From Escherichia coli (lineage in GTDB: Bacteria > Pseudomonadota > Gammaproteobacteria > Enterobacterales > Enterobacteriaceae), in the NCBI RefSeq assembly GCF_017348835.2, contig NZ_CP071375.1: a stretch of 64,000 nucleotides of DNA; one strand, 5' to 3'. Within the stretch, counting starts at the first letter, position 1. Every line of letters starts with the position of its first letter. Positions 9,997-21,066 of this stretch are shown here, one piece after another. A program made the position numbers and the translations under genes. The notes under the pieces were generated by a model. It made no database searches. It had not been told where the DNA came from and saw only the letters and a program-made list of their open reading frames with translations.

Positions 9997-10629
9997 TTAC
10001 TCTTTTGCGGCTAACGCCAACATTTGCATCATAAACATCACCGAGGTCGCGCCGGGATCCTGGTGACCAATACTGCGTTCACCGAGATAACTGGCGCGGC
10101 CTTTGCGGGCTTGCATCGTAATCGTACTTTGTGCAGCGGATTCGGCGATGCTACTGGCAGCTTCGAGCGCCGCCGGAACAGAGAGATTTTGCTCGCTGGA
10201 CTGACGTAACGATTCCACCACCGGCACCCACACATCACACATGGTTTTATCGCCAGGTTCGGCTTTCCCGCGACTGATTACGCCGTCCGCACCATCGCGG
10301 AACATCTGATAAAGCTCTTCCAGCGTCAGGCTTTGCCGTGCCTGGGTCGCCTGTGCTGCGCGGATAAAGAAGGTGCCGAACAGCGGACCACTGGCACCAC
10401 CGACGCTGGAAAGCAGCGTCATACCGGTATTCTTGAGAATGAAACCGATATCTTTATCTGCGATAGCAGGGAGTTTTTCCACCACTTTGCTAAAGCCTCG
10501 GTTCATATTTAGCCCGTGGTCAGCGTCGCCAATTTCGCGATCCAGTCCGGTAAGATACTCGCTCTCGGTGCTGAAAATATCGCCACAACGAGTGAGCCAG
10601 TTAACAATTTGAGTTCTGCTCAGTGACAT
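9997..10629 (-). CDS. dhaL: dihydroxyacetone kinase ADP-binding subunit
   Basis: MSLSRTQIVNWLTRCGDIF... matches DhaL (210 aa); ORF track entry has 26-aa N-terminal extension. Confidence 0.93.
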   Translation of the reverse strand: MSLSRTQIVNWLTRCGDIFSTESEYLTGLDREIGDADHGLNMNRGFSKVVEKLPAIADKDIGFILKNTGMTLLSSVGGASGPLFGTFFIRAAQATQARQSLTLEELYQMFRDGADGVISRGKAEPGDKTMCDVWVPVVESLRQSSEQNLSVPAALEAASSIAESAAQSTITMQARKGRASYLGERSIGHQDPGATSVMFMMQMLALAAKE

Positions 10630-10639
10630 TGCTTTCTCC

Positions 10640-11710
10640 TTATTTACCCCAGTTAAGGGCCGGGGTGTGGACCGGGGCGTCCCAGAGTGCCAGCGTTTCG
10701 TCATCAACTTTCAGTAAGGTGATTGAGAAACCGGTCATATCCAGTGAGGTGCAGTACGCGCCAATTAAATTACGCTCGATAGTCAATCCCGCTTGCTGGC
10801 AACGTGTGGTCAGGCGGTTATAGACGCCGTACAGCTCAGAAAGTGGAGTTGCGCCAAGATTGTTAACCAGCGCAATCACCCTATCGCCAGACTGGAGCGG
10901 TTGTTTGGTTTGTGGTTCTTCCTGCCAGTTGCCTTGTTGATAATCCCAGAAACGCAAAGTGCGATGGTATGAGCCATTTTCCAGCAGGGTGTCGAACATT
11001 TCATCGACGGTTTGATCAAGGGAAGAGAAGGGGCGGCGGTCAATACCTGGCTCACCATGAATGCCGACGCCAAACTCCATCTCATTGTCCGCCAGGGTAA
11101 AAGAAGGTTTGCCCGCGGCAGGAACGGTACAGGCACCGAGAGCGATACCTATTGAGTGGCCTTGATTATTCAACTTACGCCCCAGTTCCGCACAGGCGTC
11201 CAGTGAGTCGCCACGCTCCGCCGCTGCGCCTACGAGTTTTTCAATTAATACGGTGTTGGCAACGCCGCGTCGCCCGGCGGTATAAAGACTGTCTTTTACT
11301 GCAACGTCGTCATCAATGACCACAGTGGTCACTTTTACGCCGCTATCGTGCAGTAACTCGGTTGCTGTTTCGAAGTTAAGAATATCGCCGGTGTAATTTT
11401 TGATAATCAACAGTACACCTTCGCCGCCATCAACTTGCATGGCGCATTCAAAGATTTTATCGGGCGTCGGTGAGGTGAAAATTTCGCCCGGACAGGCCCC
11501 CGAAAGCATCCCCTGACCGATATAACCACAGTGCATCGGCTCGTGTCCGCTGCCGCCACCCGACAGCAGGGCGACTTTTCCTGTAACGGGGGCATCAGCT
11601 CGGGTGACATACACCGGATCCTGATGCAGTGTCAGCGATGGATGTGCTTTCGCCAGTCCTGCCAGTTGTTCGTCCAGTACGTCTTGCACATCATTGATCA
11701 ATTTTTTCAT
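10640..11710 (-). CDS. dhaK: dihydroxyacetone kinase DHA-binding subunit
   Basis: MKKLINDVQDVLDEQLAGLAKAHPSLTLHQDPVYV... matches DhaK (356 aa); ORF track start 11740 is an extension. Confidence 0.93.
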   Translation of the reverse strand: MKKLINDVQDVLDEQLAGLAKAHPSLTLHQDPVYVTRADAPVTGKVALLSGGGSGHEPMHCGYIGQGMLSGACPGEIFTSPTPDKIFECAMQVDGGEGVLLIIKNYTGDILNFETATELLHDSGVKVTTVVIDDDVAVKDSLYTAGRRGVANTVLIEKLVGAAAERGDSLDACAELGRKLNNQGHSIGIALGACTVPAAGKPSFTLADNEMEFGVGIHGEPGIDRRPFSSLDQTVDEMFDTLLENGSYHRTLRFWDYQQGNWQEEPQTKQPLQSGDRVIALVNNLGATPLSELYGVYNRLTTRCQQAGLTIERNLIGAYCTSLDMTGFSITLLKVDDETLALWDAPVHTPALNWGK

Positions 11711-11937
11711 TATTTTGCTCCAGCAATTACGGTAGGGCATGGATGATGTTCAACGACACGGCGACCACTGACTGCCGATGAATCCATTGTGCATCAGGCA
11801 AGGGAAAAGAAAATTAGCCCAAATTATGTTTCATAGTGAAACATATGCTTTAATGAATGTTCCATATTGAAACTTATACGTGTATTAATACTTAAAATTG
11901 CGAGCCGGAACACCTTTTGTCATAAGGGATGCGGGAT

Positions 11938-13857
11938 ATGAGTGGCGCTTTTAACAACGATGGTCGGGGCATATCTCCCTTAATTGCAACCTCCTGGGAG
12001 AGATGCAATAAACTGATGAAACGGGAGACATGGAACGTACCACATCAGGCCCAGGGCGTGACATTTGCTTCTATTTATCGGCGTAAGAAAGCGATGCTGA
12101 CGCTCGGGCAGGCTGCGCTGGAAGATGCCTGGGAATATATGGCACCGCGAGAGTGTGCGCTGTTTATTCTCGATGAAACCGCCTGCATTCTCAGCCGTAA
12201 TGGCGATCCGCAAACCTTGCAGCAGCTAAGTGCACTGGGATTCCATGACGGCACGTATTGCGCCGAGGGAATTATTGGTACTTGTGCGCTATCGTTAGCG
12301 GCTATCTCTGGTCAGGCCGTGAAAACGATGGCCGATCAACATTTCAAACAGGCACTCTGGAACTGGGCCTTTTGTGCAACGCCGTTGTTTGACAGCAAGG
12401 GCCGATTGACGGGAACAATAGCGCTGGCGTGTCCGGTTGAGCAAACTACCGCAGCTGATTTGCCGTTGACGTTGGCAATCGCCCGCGAGGTCGGTAATTT
12501 ACTGCTGACGGACAGTTTGCTCGCTGAAACTAACCGTCATTTAAATCAACTTAATGCCCTGTTAGAAAGTATGGATGATGGCGTGATTAGCTGGGACGAG
12601 CAGGGTAATTTGCAATTTATTAATGCCCAGGCGGCGCGGGTCTTGCGCCTTGACGCGACGGCAAGTCAGGGACGGGCAATCACTGAACTCTTAACGTTAC
12701 CCGCCGTATTGCAACAAGCAATAAAACAGGCACATCCGCTCAAACACGTAGAAGCAACCTTTGAAAGTCAGCACCAGTTTATTGATGCGGTGATAACCCT
12801 TAAACCGATAATAGAAACGCAGGGAACCAGCTTTATTTTGTTGCTCCATCCTGTGGAACAGATGCGGCAGTTAATGACCAGTCAATTAGGAAAAGTCAGC
12901 CATACCTTCGCTCATATGCCACAGGACGATCCGCAAACCCGCCGCTTGATTCATTTTGGTCGCCAGGCGGCGCGCAGTAGCTTTCCTGTCCTGCTTTGTG
13001 GAGAAGAGGGCGTGGGCAAGGCACTGCTAAGTCAGGCAATTCATAATGAAAGCGAGCGTGCTGCAGGTCCTTATATCGCCGTCAATTGTGAGTTATATGG
13101 TGATGCGGCACTGGCGGAAGAATTTATTGGTGGCGATCGCACGGACAATGAAAATGGCCGTCTGAGTCGGCTGGAACTGGCGCACGGCGGCACGCTGTTT
13201 CTTGAAAAGATTGAATATCTGGCGGTGGAGTTACAGTCTGCTTTGCTTCAGGTTATCAAGCAGGGTGTTATCACGCGACTGGATGCGCGGCGTTTAATAC
13301 CAATTGATGTCAAAGTGATTGCTACAACGACCGCGGACCTCGCAATGCTGGTGGAACAAAATCGTTTTAGTCGCCAGCTGTATTACGCGCTGCATGCATT
13401 TGAAATTACCATCCCGCCTCTGCGTATGCGGCGTGGCAGCATTCCGGCTCTGGTGAATAACAAATTACGCAGTCTTGAAAAACGCTTCTCTACGCGGCTG
13501 AAAATTGATGACGATGCCCTCGCTCGCCTGGTTTCCTGTGCATGGCCTGGCAACGATTTTGAACTTTACAGCGTCATCGAGAATCTTGCTCTGAGTAGTG
13601 ATAATGGGCGCATTCGCGTCAGTGATTTGCCGGAACATCTGTTTACCGAGCAGGCAACAGATGATGTCAGCGCCACACGCCTTTCCACCAGTCTGTCATT
13701 TGCGGAAGTTGAAAAAGAGGCAATTATTAACGCAGCCCAGGTCACAGGCGGTCGCATTCAGGAAATGTCGGCTTTACTTGGAATCGGCCGCACTACACTG
13801 TGGCGGAAAATGAAGCAACATGGCATTGATGCAGGGCAGTTTAAGCGCCGGGTATGA
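11938..13857 (+). CDS. dhaR: sigma-54-type transcriptional activator of dha operon
   Basis: MSGAFNNDGRGISPLIATSWERCNKL... matches DhaR; AAA+ and C-terminal HTH features present. Confidence 0.93.
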   Translation: MSGAFNNDGRGISPLIATSWERCNKLMKRETWNVPHQAQGVTFASIYRRKKAMLTLGQAALEDAWEYMAPRECALFILDETACILSRNGDPQTLQQLSALGFHDGTYCAEGIIGTCALSLAAISGQAVKTMADQHFKQALWNWAFCATPLFDSKGRLTGTIALACPVEQTTAADLPLTLAIAREVGNLLLTDSLLAETNRHLNQLNALLESMDDGVISWDEQGNLQFINAQAARVLRLDATASQGRAITELLTLPAVLQQAIKQAHPLKHVEATFESQHQFIDAVITLKPIIETQGTSFILLLHPVEQMRQLMTSQLGKVSHTFAHMPQDDPQTRRLIHFGRQAARSSFPVLLCGEEGVGKALLSQAIHNESERAAGPYIAVNCELYGDAALAEEFIGGDRTDNENGRLSRLELAHGGTLFLEKIEYLAVELQSALLQVIKQGVITRLDARRLIPIDVKVIATTTADLAMLVEQNRFSRQLYYALHAFEITIPPLRMRRGSIPALVNNKLRSLEKRFSTRLKIDDDALARLVSCAWPGNDFELYSVIENLALSSDNGRIRVSDLPEHLFTEQATDDVSATRLSTSLSFAEVEKEAIINAAQVTGGRIQEMSALLGIGRTTLWRKMKQHGIDAGQFKRRV

Positions 13858-13956
13858 AAGACAGAAACGATTTCTGATACATCAGAGTGATCTATATTTC
13901 ATTCCGGCGCACGCTAACATTTTTCAGCATCGTTTAAGGGCTTGTCTATCCCGCAC

Positions 13957-16842
13957 TTAAAAGCTGAAGCGATATCCTCCGTTGACTTGCTTCTGATCAA
14001 AGAGGTTACCCTGCGTGTAATCCGCTTCGAGGTAGAATGTGTGCTGTTTGTTATACTGTGCACTGACTCCCACGCCGTTATTCCAGCCATTACCTTTGAA
14101 ACTGTACTTCTCCCGGGAGTTGTTCAACAGATATTCTGTATCCCCTGAAAACTCGCGGATAGCGCCAGTCTTCACATACATATTCAGCTGGCTGTTGCCT
14201 GCGGTGATGTCATATCCCAGTATCATACTGGCACGCCCCAGCAGCGATTCGTAGTGATTCAGATGTATATTGAGGCCATTACTCGCCTTCATAGCCATCT
14301 CATTCTGGTGGCTGTATGTGAGCTGGGTTTGCGGCTCTATATAGAACCCATAACCAGTAGGGGTCAGGTTGAATCTCTGCCCGGCTTCCAGGGAGATGCT
14401 CAATCCATTCGCAGTGCCGTTGGCGTTAACGCCGTTGTTCTGACTGTCCCGTACGTGGAAACTATTTTTCTGGCGCGATGCTTTTACAACGAGATCGCTG
14501 TAAAAACCGCTGTGTGCCATGTAACTGGCGTACATTCCCATATAGTCTGAACGTGCGGTACCGTCGCCTCCGCTATAGTCCGGCGATGCATGTGTTGAGC
14601 CAATATACAGACCGACATACAACGGCATTTCATCAGAGAGACGTTTATCCCCACCAAACTGGATACCGCTGTAACCCATGTCAAAGCCGCTCAGTTTGCC
14701 ACTGGCGAAGGAGTCCAGGCTTCCCCCATAACTGCGCAGCCAGATATTACCGTCTTTACTCTGATTTCGCAGGTCACCCATCCGTTGCATCAGCGTACGG
14801 TTTTCAACATAGTTCAATAAGTAACCAACATTGAGATAATTGCCGCCAGCATCTGCGGTCGTGGTGGGTTTAGGTGTGGGCGTGGGGGTAGGCGTAGGAT
14901 CGGGTTCAGGCGTAGGATCGGGGTTGACTATGGGAGGCTGAGCGGGAGCCGGCGTTGGTTCAGGATTTGGAGTCGGCTCCGGAATTGTCCCGGAAGCATA
15001 AAGCTCCCAGTTAGTGCCATTTTTACGCACATCGTACAGATATCCTCCCAACTCAACCTGAGAAGACGCGCTGAACGAGGCCGCGCCGTCAGTGGTTTTT
15101 ACCACTGTCAGAACTTCATTTCCCGTTGTGGCTTCGCTGCCCTGGTTACGGATAGCCAATACATGATTACCAGCACTACTCCCGCTGATATTCAATAAAT
15201 CCCCTTTATTATTAACGCCATTACCCTCGCCAACAACATCAGCACGCATAATAAAGGTACTGTTACCGCTCAGGTTCTCTACGTTTAATGTGGTAAATGT
15301 GCCGGCAGTTGATGCGTGGCTGGCAAAATCGACAGTTGAATGGCTCAGCGCCAGCGTGTCGAGATTAGAATTACTTGTTACGTTCCAGACGCTGTTATTC
15401 ATTGCAACGTCCAGTTTCCCGTCATTGACATTATCGCTAAGGGAGGAACCTGTCCAAGCCGACCCAGGGTGCATATCCAGATTGATTAGCCCACCTTTGG
15501 AGAGAACGCTACCGTTGATAAGCATACGACCCGAAGCGTTGATGCGGCTGGCGGCATAACCATCGTCATGTTGCGTTGCGATGGCCATCTGGTCGGGTGT
15601 ACTCATATCAATGACCAGATCGCTCGTGAGGTCGATCTGGCTGTTGGTCATGGCATAAATCCCCCTGGCTCCTGCCGCGCCGGTGATAGCCAAACTGTCT
15701 CCGGTTATTCTACCGCCGCTGAGCGCCCACAAACCCAGCGCCAGACTGCCATTACGATCAACCGTAATATCGGTATTTTGCATGTTGATAACAGCCGTTG
15801 CCGTCTGGGCCGAGGCACCATAAGAACCGCCGGAAAAGATGCTGTTTCGTTGCGCTGCCGTGCCAGAAAAATTGATTGTCGCGTCTGAACCACTGGCTAC
15901 GAGACCACCGCCCTGCGCGGAAGAAATATGGCTATCTGCACCGATAGTGGTTGTACCACCACGAACTTCGACGCCATTGGCCGCGGCTCCAGTTACATCA
16001 ACAGTGAGTGCATTCGCGCTAACCTGGCCAAAGCTCCAGAGGCCGTGTGCATTATCGCCACTGGTTTTAATGGAACTGTTTGTTCCGAGATCGACAACAG
16101 AGTTTTTCTGTACGTTTATCCCCATGGCGCTGTAACCCTGAACATCGATTGTCAGGTCTGTCGCCGTAAAACGCGCAGCACCATTGGCGTTATTGCCGTT
16201 GAGACCACCGATATAAACACCTGTACTTCCATCGGTCTTGATTTTACTTCCGCTTCCAAGATCGACACTGGTGCCATAGTCATTGATGGTTAGGCCTATA
16301 CCGTTCGAGTTTTCAATGGTGAATTGAGTGGCTGTTAGTGTTGAGCTATGCCCAATAATGATGCCGTCATCGTTACTCTTAATGGTGCTGCCTGTGCCTA
16401 AGTCAGCATGGGTATAGTCACCAATTAAATTAATGCCGATGGCAGAGGTTTGACCAACAACATCTACTGTGAGTCGGTTAGCTGTCAGGGAGCTGTTTTT
16501 GCCCTGAATAATGATTCCTTTTGCATATCCAGAGGCGTCGTTGACATTGACGGTGACATCATTACCCAGGTTGATATTGCCAGGCGTGTTTCCTGCTGGG
16601 GTCATTACACCATAGAGGTTTCCTGATGGATCGGCGGTATCTCCTGTAATTCTGTCACCATCATTAATAGTAATATTGGTGCCATATTGACTTCCTGTAT
16701 CAGCAGCTATCAGCAGGGGGGAAAAGATAATTGCATTCAAACCAATAGCGCCAAATTTTATCAGTTGAATTGAGGGCGAACGGATTTTTAATTCAGCGAG
16801 ACGATCGGCTTTGGTATTCCCATTGTGTTGTTTGATGCCCAT
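13957..16842 (-). CDS. ycgV: AIDA-like autotransporter adhesin
   Basis: 961 aa; Gly/Thr/Asn-rich passenger repeats, Pro/Thr-rich linker PEPTPNPEPTPAPAQPP...TPTPTPTPKP, C-terminal beta-barrel ending ...GYRFSF. Confidence 0.9.
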   Translation of the reverse strand: MGIKQHNGNTKADRLAELKIRSPSIQLIKFGAIGLNAIIFSPLLIAADTGSQYGTNITINDGDRITGDTADPSGNLYGVMTPAGNTPGNINLGNDVTVNVNDASGYAKGIIIQGKNSSLTANRLTVDVVGQTSAIGINLIGDYTHADLGTGSTIKSNDDGIIIGHSSTLTATQFTIENSNGIGLTINDYGTSVDLGSGSKIKTDGSTGVYIGGLNGNNANGAARFTATDLTIDVQGYSAMGINVQKNSVVDLGTNSSIKTSGDNAHGLWSFGQVSANALTVDVTGAAANGVEVRGGTTTIGADSHISSAQGGGLVASGSDATINFSGTAAQRNSIFSGGSYGASAQTATAVINMQNTDITVDRNGSLALGLWALSGGRITGDSLAITGAAGARGIYAMTNSQIDLTSDLVIDMSTPDQMAIATQHDDGYAASRINASGRMLINGSVLSKGGLINLDMHPGSAWTGSSLSDNVNDGKLDVAMNNSVWNVTSNSNLDTLALSHSTVDFASHASTAGTFTTLNVENLSGNSTFIMRADVVGEGNGVNNKGDLLNISGSSAGNHVLAIRNQGSEATTGNEVLTVVKTTDGAASFSASSQVELGGYLYDVRKNGTNWELYASGTIPEPTPNPEPTPAPAQPPIVNPDPTPEPDPTPTPTPTPKPTTTADAGGNYLNVGYLLNYVENRTLMQRMGDLRNQSKDGNIWLRSYGGSLDSFASGKLSGFDMGYSGIQFGGDKRLSDEMPLYVGLYIGSTHASPDYSGGDGTARSDYMGMYASYMAHSGFYSDLVVKASRQKNSFHVRDSQNNGVNANGTANGLSISLEAGQRFNLTPTGYGFYIEPQTQLTYSHQNEMAMKASNGLNIHLNHYESLLGRASMILGYDITAGNSQLNMYVKTGAIREFSGDTEYLLNNSREKYSFKGNGWNNGVGVSAQYNKQHTFYLEADYTQGNLFDQKQVNGGYRFSF

Positions 16843-17012
16843 ACCACTCCTATATAGTACCCAGGCTATGGGTCTATGGATTTTGTCATTTTGTTTAAGT
16901 CAATGAATAATATCCTCTTATCATCATGATATTTGTATGGTGCAATCATGATGAGCTTTGAACCGCCCCGGAAATCCTGGAGACTAAACTCCCTGAGAAA
17001 GAGGTAAACAGG

Positions 17013-17339
17013 ATGACTAAAAATACTCGTTTTTCCCCCGAAGTCCGTCAGCGGGCGATTCGTATGGTTCTGGAAAGTCAGGATGAATATGACTCACAGT
17101 GGGCGGCAATTTGTTCCATTGCCCCAAAGATTGGCTGTACGCCGGAGACTCTGCGTGTCTGGGTTCGCCAGCATGAGCGGGATACCGGGAGTGGTGATGG
17201 TGGACTCACCACCGCTGAACGTCAGCGTCTGAAAGAGCTGGAACGTGAAAATCGTGAACTGCGCCGCAGTAACGATATCCTTCGCCAGGCTTCCGCTTAT
17301 TTTGCGAAGGCGGAGTTCGACCGCCTCTGGAAAAAATAA
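17013..17339 (+). CDS. IS3-family transposase OrfA (HTH/leucine zipper)
   Basis: 108 aa [22 protein letters not shown]... recalled as IS629 OrfA; ends in A-rich slippery run ggaaaaaataa. Confidence 0.88.
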   Translation: MTKNTRFSPEVRQRAIRMVLESQDEYDSQWAAICSIAPKIGCTPETLRVWVRQHERDTGSGDGGLTTAERQRLKELERENRELRRSNDILRQASAYFAKAEFDRLWKK

Positions 17340-18226
17340 TGCCACTGCTGGATAAGCTGCGTGAGCAGTACGGGGTCGGACCGGTATGCAGCGAACTGCA
17401 TATTGCCCCGTCAACGTATTACCATTGTCAGCAACAGCGACATCATCCGGATAAACGCAGTGCCCGTGCGCAGCACGATGACTGGCTGAAGAAAGAGATA
17501 CAGCGCGTATACGATGAAAATCACCAGGTATACGGTGTGCGTAAAGTCTGGCGTCAGTTGTTACGGGAAGGTATCAGAGTGGCCAGATGCACTGTGGCAC
17601 GTCTCATGGCAGTTATGGGACTTGCCGGTGTTCTCCGGGGTAAAAAGGTCCGCACTACCGTCAGCCGGAAAGCCGTTGCCGCATGCGACCGCGTAAACCG
17701 TCAGTTCGTGGCAGAACGTCCAGACCAGTTGTGGGTGGCTGATTTTACCTGGGTAAGCACATGGCAGGGCTTCGTTTATGTGGCGTTCATCATTGATGTG
17801 TTCGCCGGATACATCGTGGGATGGCAGGTCTCATCATCCATGGAAACAACATTCGTGCTGGATGCACTGGAGCAGGCGTTGTGGGCCCGTCGGCCGTCCG
17901 GCACAATCCATCACAGTGATAAAGGTTCTCAGTATGTATCGCTGGCCTACACGCAGCGGCTTAAGGAAGCCGGATTACTGGCATCAACAGGGAGTACTGG
18001 CGACTCGTATGACAACGCGATGGCTGAGAGCATCAATGGTCTTTACAAAGCGGAGGTAATACACCGTAAGAGCTGGAAAAACCGTGCAGAAGTGGAACTG
18101 GCCACACTCACGTGGGTGGACTGGTATAACAATCGACGATTGCTGGAAAGGCTGGGCCATATTCCTCCGGCAGAAGCAGAAAAAGCTTATTATGCTTCCA
18201 TCGGAAATAATGATCTGGCAGCCTGA
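17339..18226 (+). CDS. IS3-family transposase OrfB (DDE catalytic domain), expressed as OrfAB by -1 frameshift
   Basis: 295 aa [15 protein letters not shown]... in -1 frame relative to OrfA; DDE-type motifs (HSDKGSQY, DNAMAES). Confidence 0.88.
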   Translation: MPLLDKLREQYGVGPVCSELHIAPSTYYHCQQQRHHPDKRSARAQHDDWLKKEIQRVYDENHQVYGVRKVWRQLLREGIRVARCTVARLMAVMGLAGVLRGKKVRTTVSRKAVAACDRVNRQFVAERPDQLWVADFTWVSTWQGFVYVAFIIDVFAGYIVGWQVSSSMETTFVLDALEQALWARRPSGTIHHSDKGSQYVSLAYTQRLKEAGLLASTGSTGDSYDNAMAESINGLYKAEVIHRKSWKNRAEVELATLTWVDWYNNRRLLERLGHIPPAEAEKAYYASIGNNDLAA

Positions 18227-18911
18227 GTTCACAGATAAAACACTCTCCAGGAAACCCGGGGCGGTTCACTTCTCTGAGAATAATTCTCTATTACCGGGCA
18301 AAATCAGGAACACAGGAATTAATATATATTTAACATCCCCCTTACAAAGGTGAGTTTATATCGAGTTATTCCCTAAGTTGTCGTTACTTATTCCAATTCG
18401 TTACTATGAATATGGCAAAAATATTACAACAAACAGCGGTTAAAAAATTTGGTGAAGATTTTTGTAATAATCCTAATTAGTTATGGGATTTTCGCTTGAT
18501 GTATCTGCATAACAAAAACAATATGCGCCATTTTTGCATTACTAATAAGAAAAAGCAAAAAACATCGATATTCATTTTTGGTCAATGGGTTTTCTGGCCT
18601 ATCGTTGTTATTGTGCTACTGGTTATCATTTTCATCTTGCCAGGATCGCACGTAATCACGTTATTCGGGGACTTTATCTGCGGGATATTACCCTTCAGGT
18701 AAGTCCTTTTCTCGCCAGCATATTGGAGCGTGATCAATATTGATCAGCTGTGAAGGGGGCTGATGTGTAGTGGAACAAAAACTGACGTTATATCACTGCT
18801 AATGAGATATCCGTCATCTGAACACTTATGTCTTTAATTATTTTGGTGGTCACTGTAGGCAATAAGCACAAAAGTGTAGGATGTTACAAGAATGATTAGG
18901 ACTCGGTGAAA

Positions 18912-18937
18912 TGAAAAATCCACGCAATTGCGTGGAT
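18912..18937 (-). terminator. rho-independent terminator downstream of ychF
   Basis: Hairpin atccacgc-aatt-gcgtggat (18918-18936) followed on minus strand by T-run. Confidence 0.6.
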
Positions 18938-18996
18938 TTTATATACTTTTGCGCTCTTCATGAGATTTAGCGAAACCTCATGAGACAATAAATTAA

Positions 18997-20088
18997 TTAG
19001 ACGTTGAAAAGGAAGTTCATCACATCGCCATCTTTCACGATGTAATCTTTACCTTCTGCACGCATTTTGCCTGCTTCTTTCGCGCCTTGTTCACCTTTGT
19101 AAGTGATGAAATCTTCAAACGAGATGGTTTGTGCACGGATAAAGCCTTTTTCAAAATCAGTATGGATTTTGCCCGCTGCCTGCGGCGCGGTTGCTCCAAC
19201 CGGAATGGTCCATGCACGCACTTCTTTCACCCCAGCGGTGAAGTAAGTTTGCAGGTTCAGCAGCTTATAACCGGCACGGATCACACGGTTCAGGCCCGGC
19301 TCTTCCAGCCCAAGCTCCTGCATAAACTCGTCACGTTCTTCGTCGTCCAGTTCGGCAATGTCTGCTTCAACAGCAGCACAAACCGGAACCACAACAGAAC
19401 CTTCTTTCGCCGCGATTTCACGCACCTGGTCAAGATATGGGTTGTTTTCAAAACCGTCTTCGTTGACGTTGGCGATGTACATTGTTGGTTTCAGCGTCAG
19501 GAAGCTCAGGTAACGAATAGCCGCTTTCTCTTCAGCGCTTAAATCCAGCGCGCGCAGCATACCTGCGTTTTCCAGCTGGGGCAGGCATTTTTCCAGGACC
19601 GCCAGCTCAGCTTTCGCGTCTTTATCGCCACCTTTGGCTTTCTTCTGTACGCGATGAATCGCACGTTCGCAGGTGTCGAGGTCTGCCAGCGCCAGTTCGG
19701 TGTTGATAACTTCAATATCGTCAGCCGGGTTAACTTTGCCGGAAACGTGAATGATGTTGTCATTTTCAAAGCAGCGAACAACGTGACCGATCGCTTCGGT
19801 TTCACGGATGTTAGTCAGGAACTGGTTACCCAGACCTTCGCCTTTCGATGCGCCTTTTACCAGACCGGCGATATCGACAAATTCCATGGTCGTGGGAAGC
19901 GTACGCTGCGGTTTTACGATTTCAGCCAGTTGATCCAGGCGAGGGTCAGGCATTGGTACGACGCCTGTGTTCGGCTCAATGGTGCAGAATGGAAAGTTGG
20001 CCGCTTCAATACCGGCTTTGGTCAGCGCGTTGAACAGGGTAGATTTCCCGACGTTGGGCAAACCGACGATACCGCATTTGAATCCCAT
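18997..20088 (-). CDS. ychF: ribosome-binding ATPase YchF (Obg-family)
   Basis: 363 aa [23 protein letters not shown]... G1 motif and TGS domain; matches YchF. Confidence 0.95.
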
Positions 20089-20204
20089 GATTTAAATCAC
20101 CTTAATATCTTAATAATCAACCTGTTATTGCTAACAGATTGCAGAAATGGAAATAACTTTGCCTATTATACACGGCACTCGGCAAAAATGCCGCAGACAA
20201 CGAC

Positions 20205-20789
20205 TTATTGCGCTTTAAAGGCGTGCAATCGGTTCGTTGCTTTGGTCAAGCCATCTGTAAACCACATTTCAGTACAACGCGCCGCTTCGTCGATGGCTTC
20301 ATCAATTAACTTCTGTTCACTAACAGGCGGTTTGCCTAACACAAAACCGACAACTTTATTTTTATCGCCCGGATGACCGATTCCGATGCGTAAACGGTGA
20401 AAGTTAGGGTTATTACCCAATTTACTGATGATGTCTTTCAGTCCATTGTGACCACCATGGCCACCGCCCAACTTAAATTTGGCGACGCCAGGAGGCAGAT
20501 CCAGTTCGTCGTGGGCCACCAGAATTTCGTCCGGATTAATGCGGAAAAAACTGGCCATCGCCGCAACGGCTTTGCCGCTGAGATTCATAAATGTAGTCGG
20601 GACTAACAGGCGGACATCTTCGCCTCCAAGGGTGACTCGCGAAGTATAACCAAAGAATTTAGCCTCTTCGCGCAGCGGAGCGCGCAAACGCTCTGCCAGT
20701 AAGTCAACGAACCAGGCACCAGCATTATGTCGCGTTGCGGCGTATTCAGCACCGGGGTTCGCCAGGCCGACAATCAATTTAATCGTCAC
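20205..20789 (-). CDS. pth: peptidyl-tRNA hydrolase
   Basis: 194 aa [27 protein letters not shown]... matches Pth. Confidence 0.95.
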
Positions 20790-21066
20790 GTTTTTTTGTC
20801 CTGAGTGTGTACATAACTGGCGCGTAGTTTACTGGTTGCGGCCCCGCTTGACAAAAAACTGCGTATCAAATGCAGATAACGTAATAATTGCCTGAGTGGA
20901 CTATTAGAAAGTCAAGGTGTTCAGGCGTTTATTTGTAAAGTTTTGTTGAAATAAGGGTTGTAATTGTGATCACGCCCGCACATAACCCACAGGGTGTTGT
21001 CTATACTTTACACATAAGGAAGAGGGGTATTCCCTGTTACAACCCAGAAAGTTCCGGAGGTGACAT

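Larger units (their letters stand above)
16959..18268 (+). mobile_element. IS629/IS1203-like IS3-family insertion sequence (1310 bp)
   Basis: Terminal inverted repeats tgaaccgccccgg... (16959) and ...ccggggcggttca (18268); two overlapping ORFs matching IS629 OrfA/OrfB; flanked by direct repeat ctt on both sides. Confidence 0.85.
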
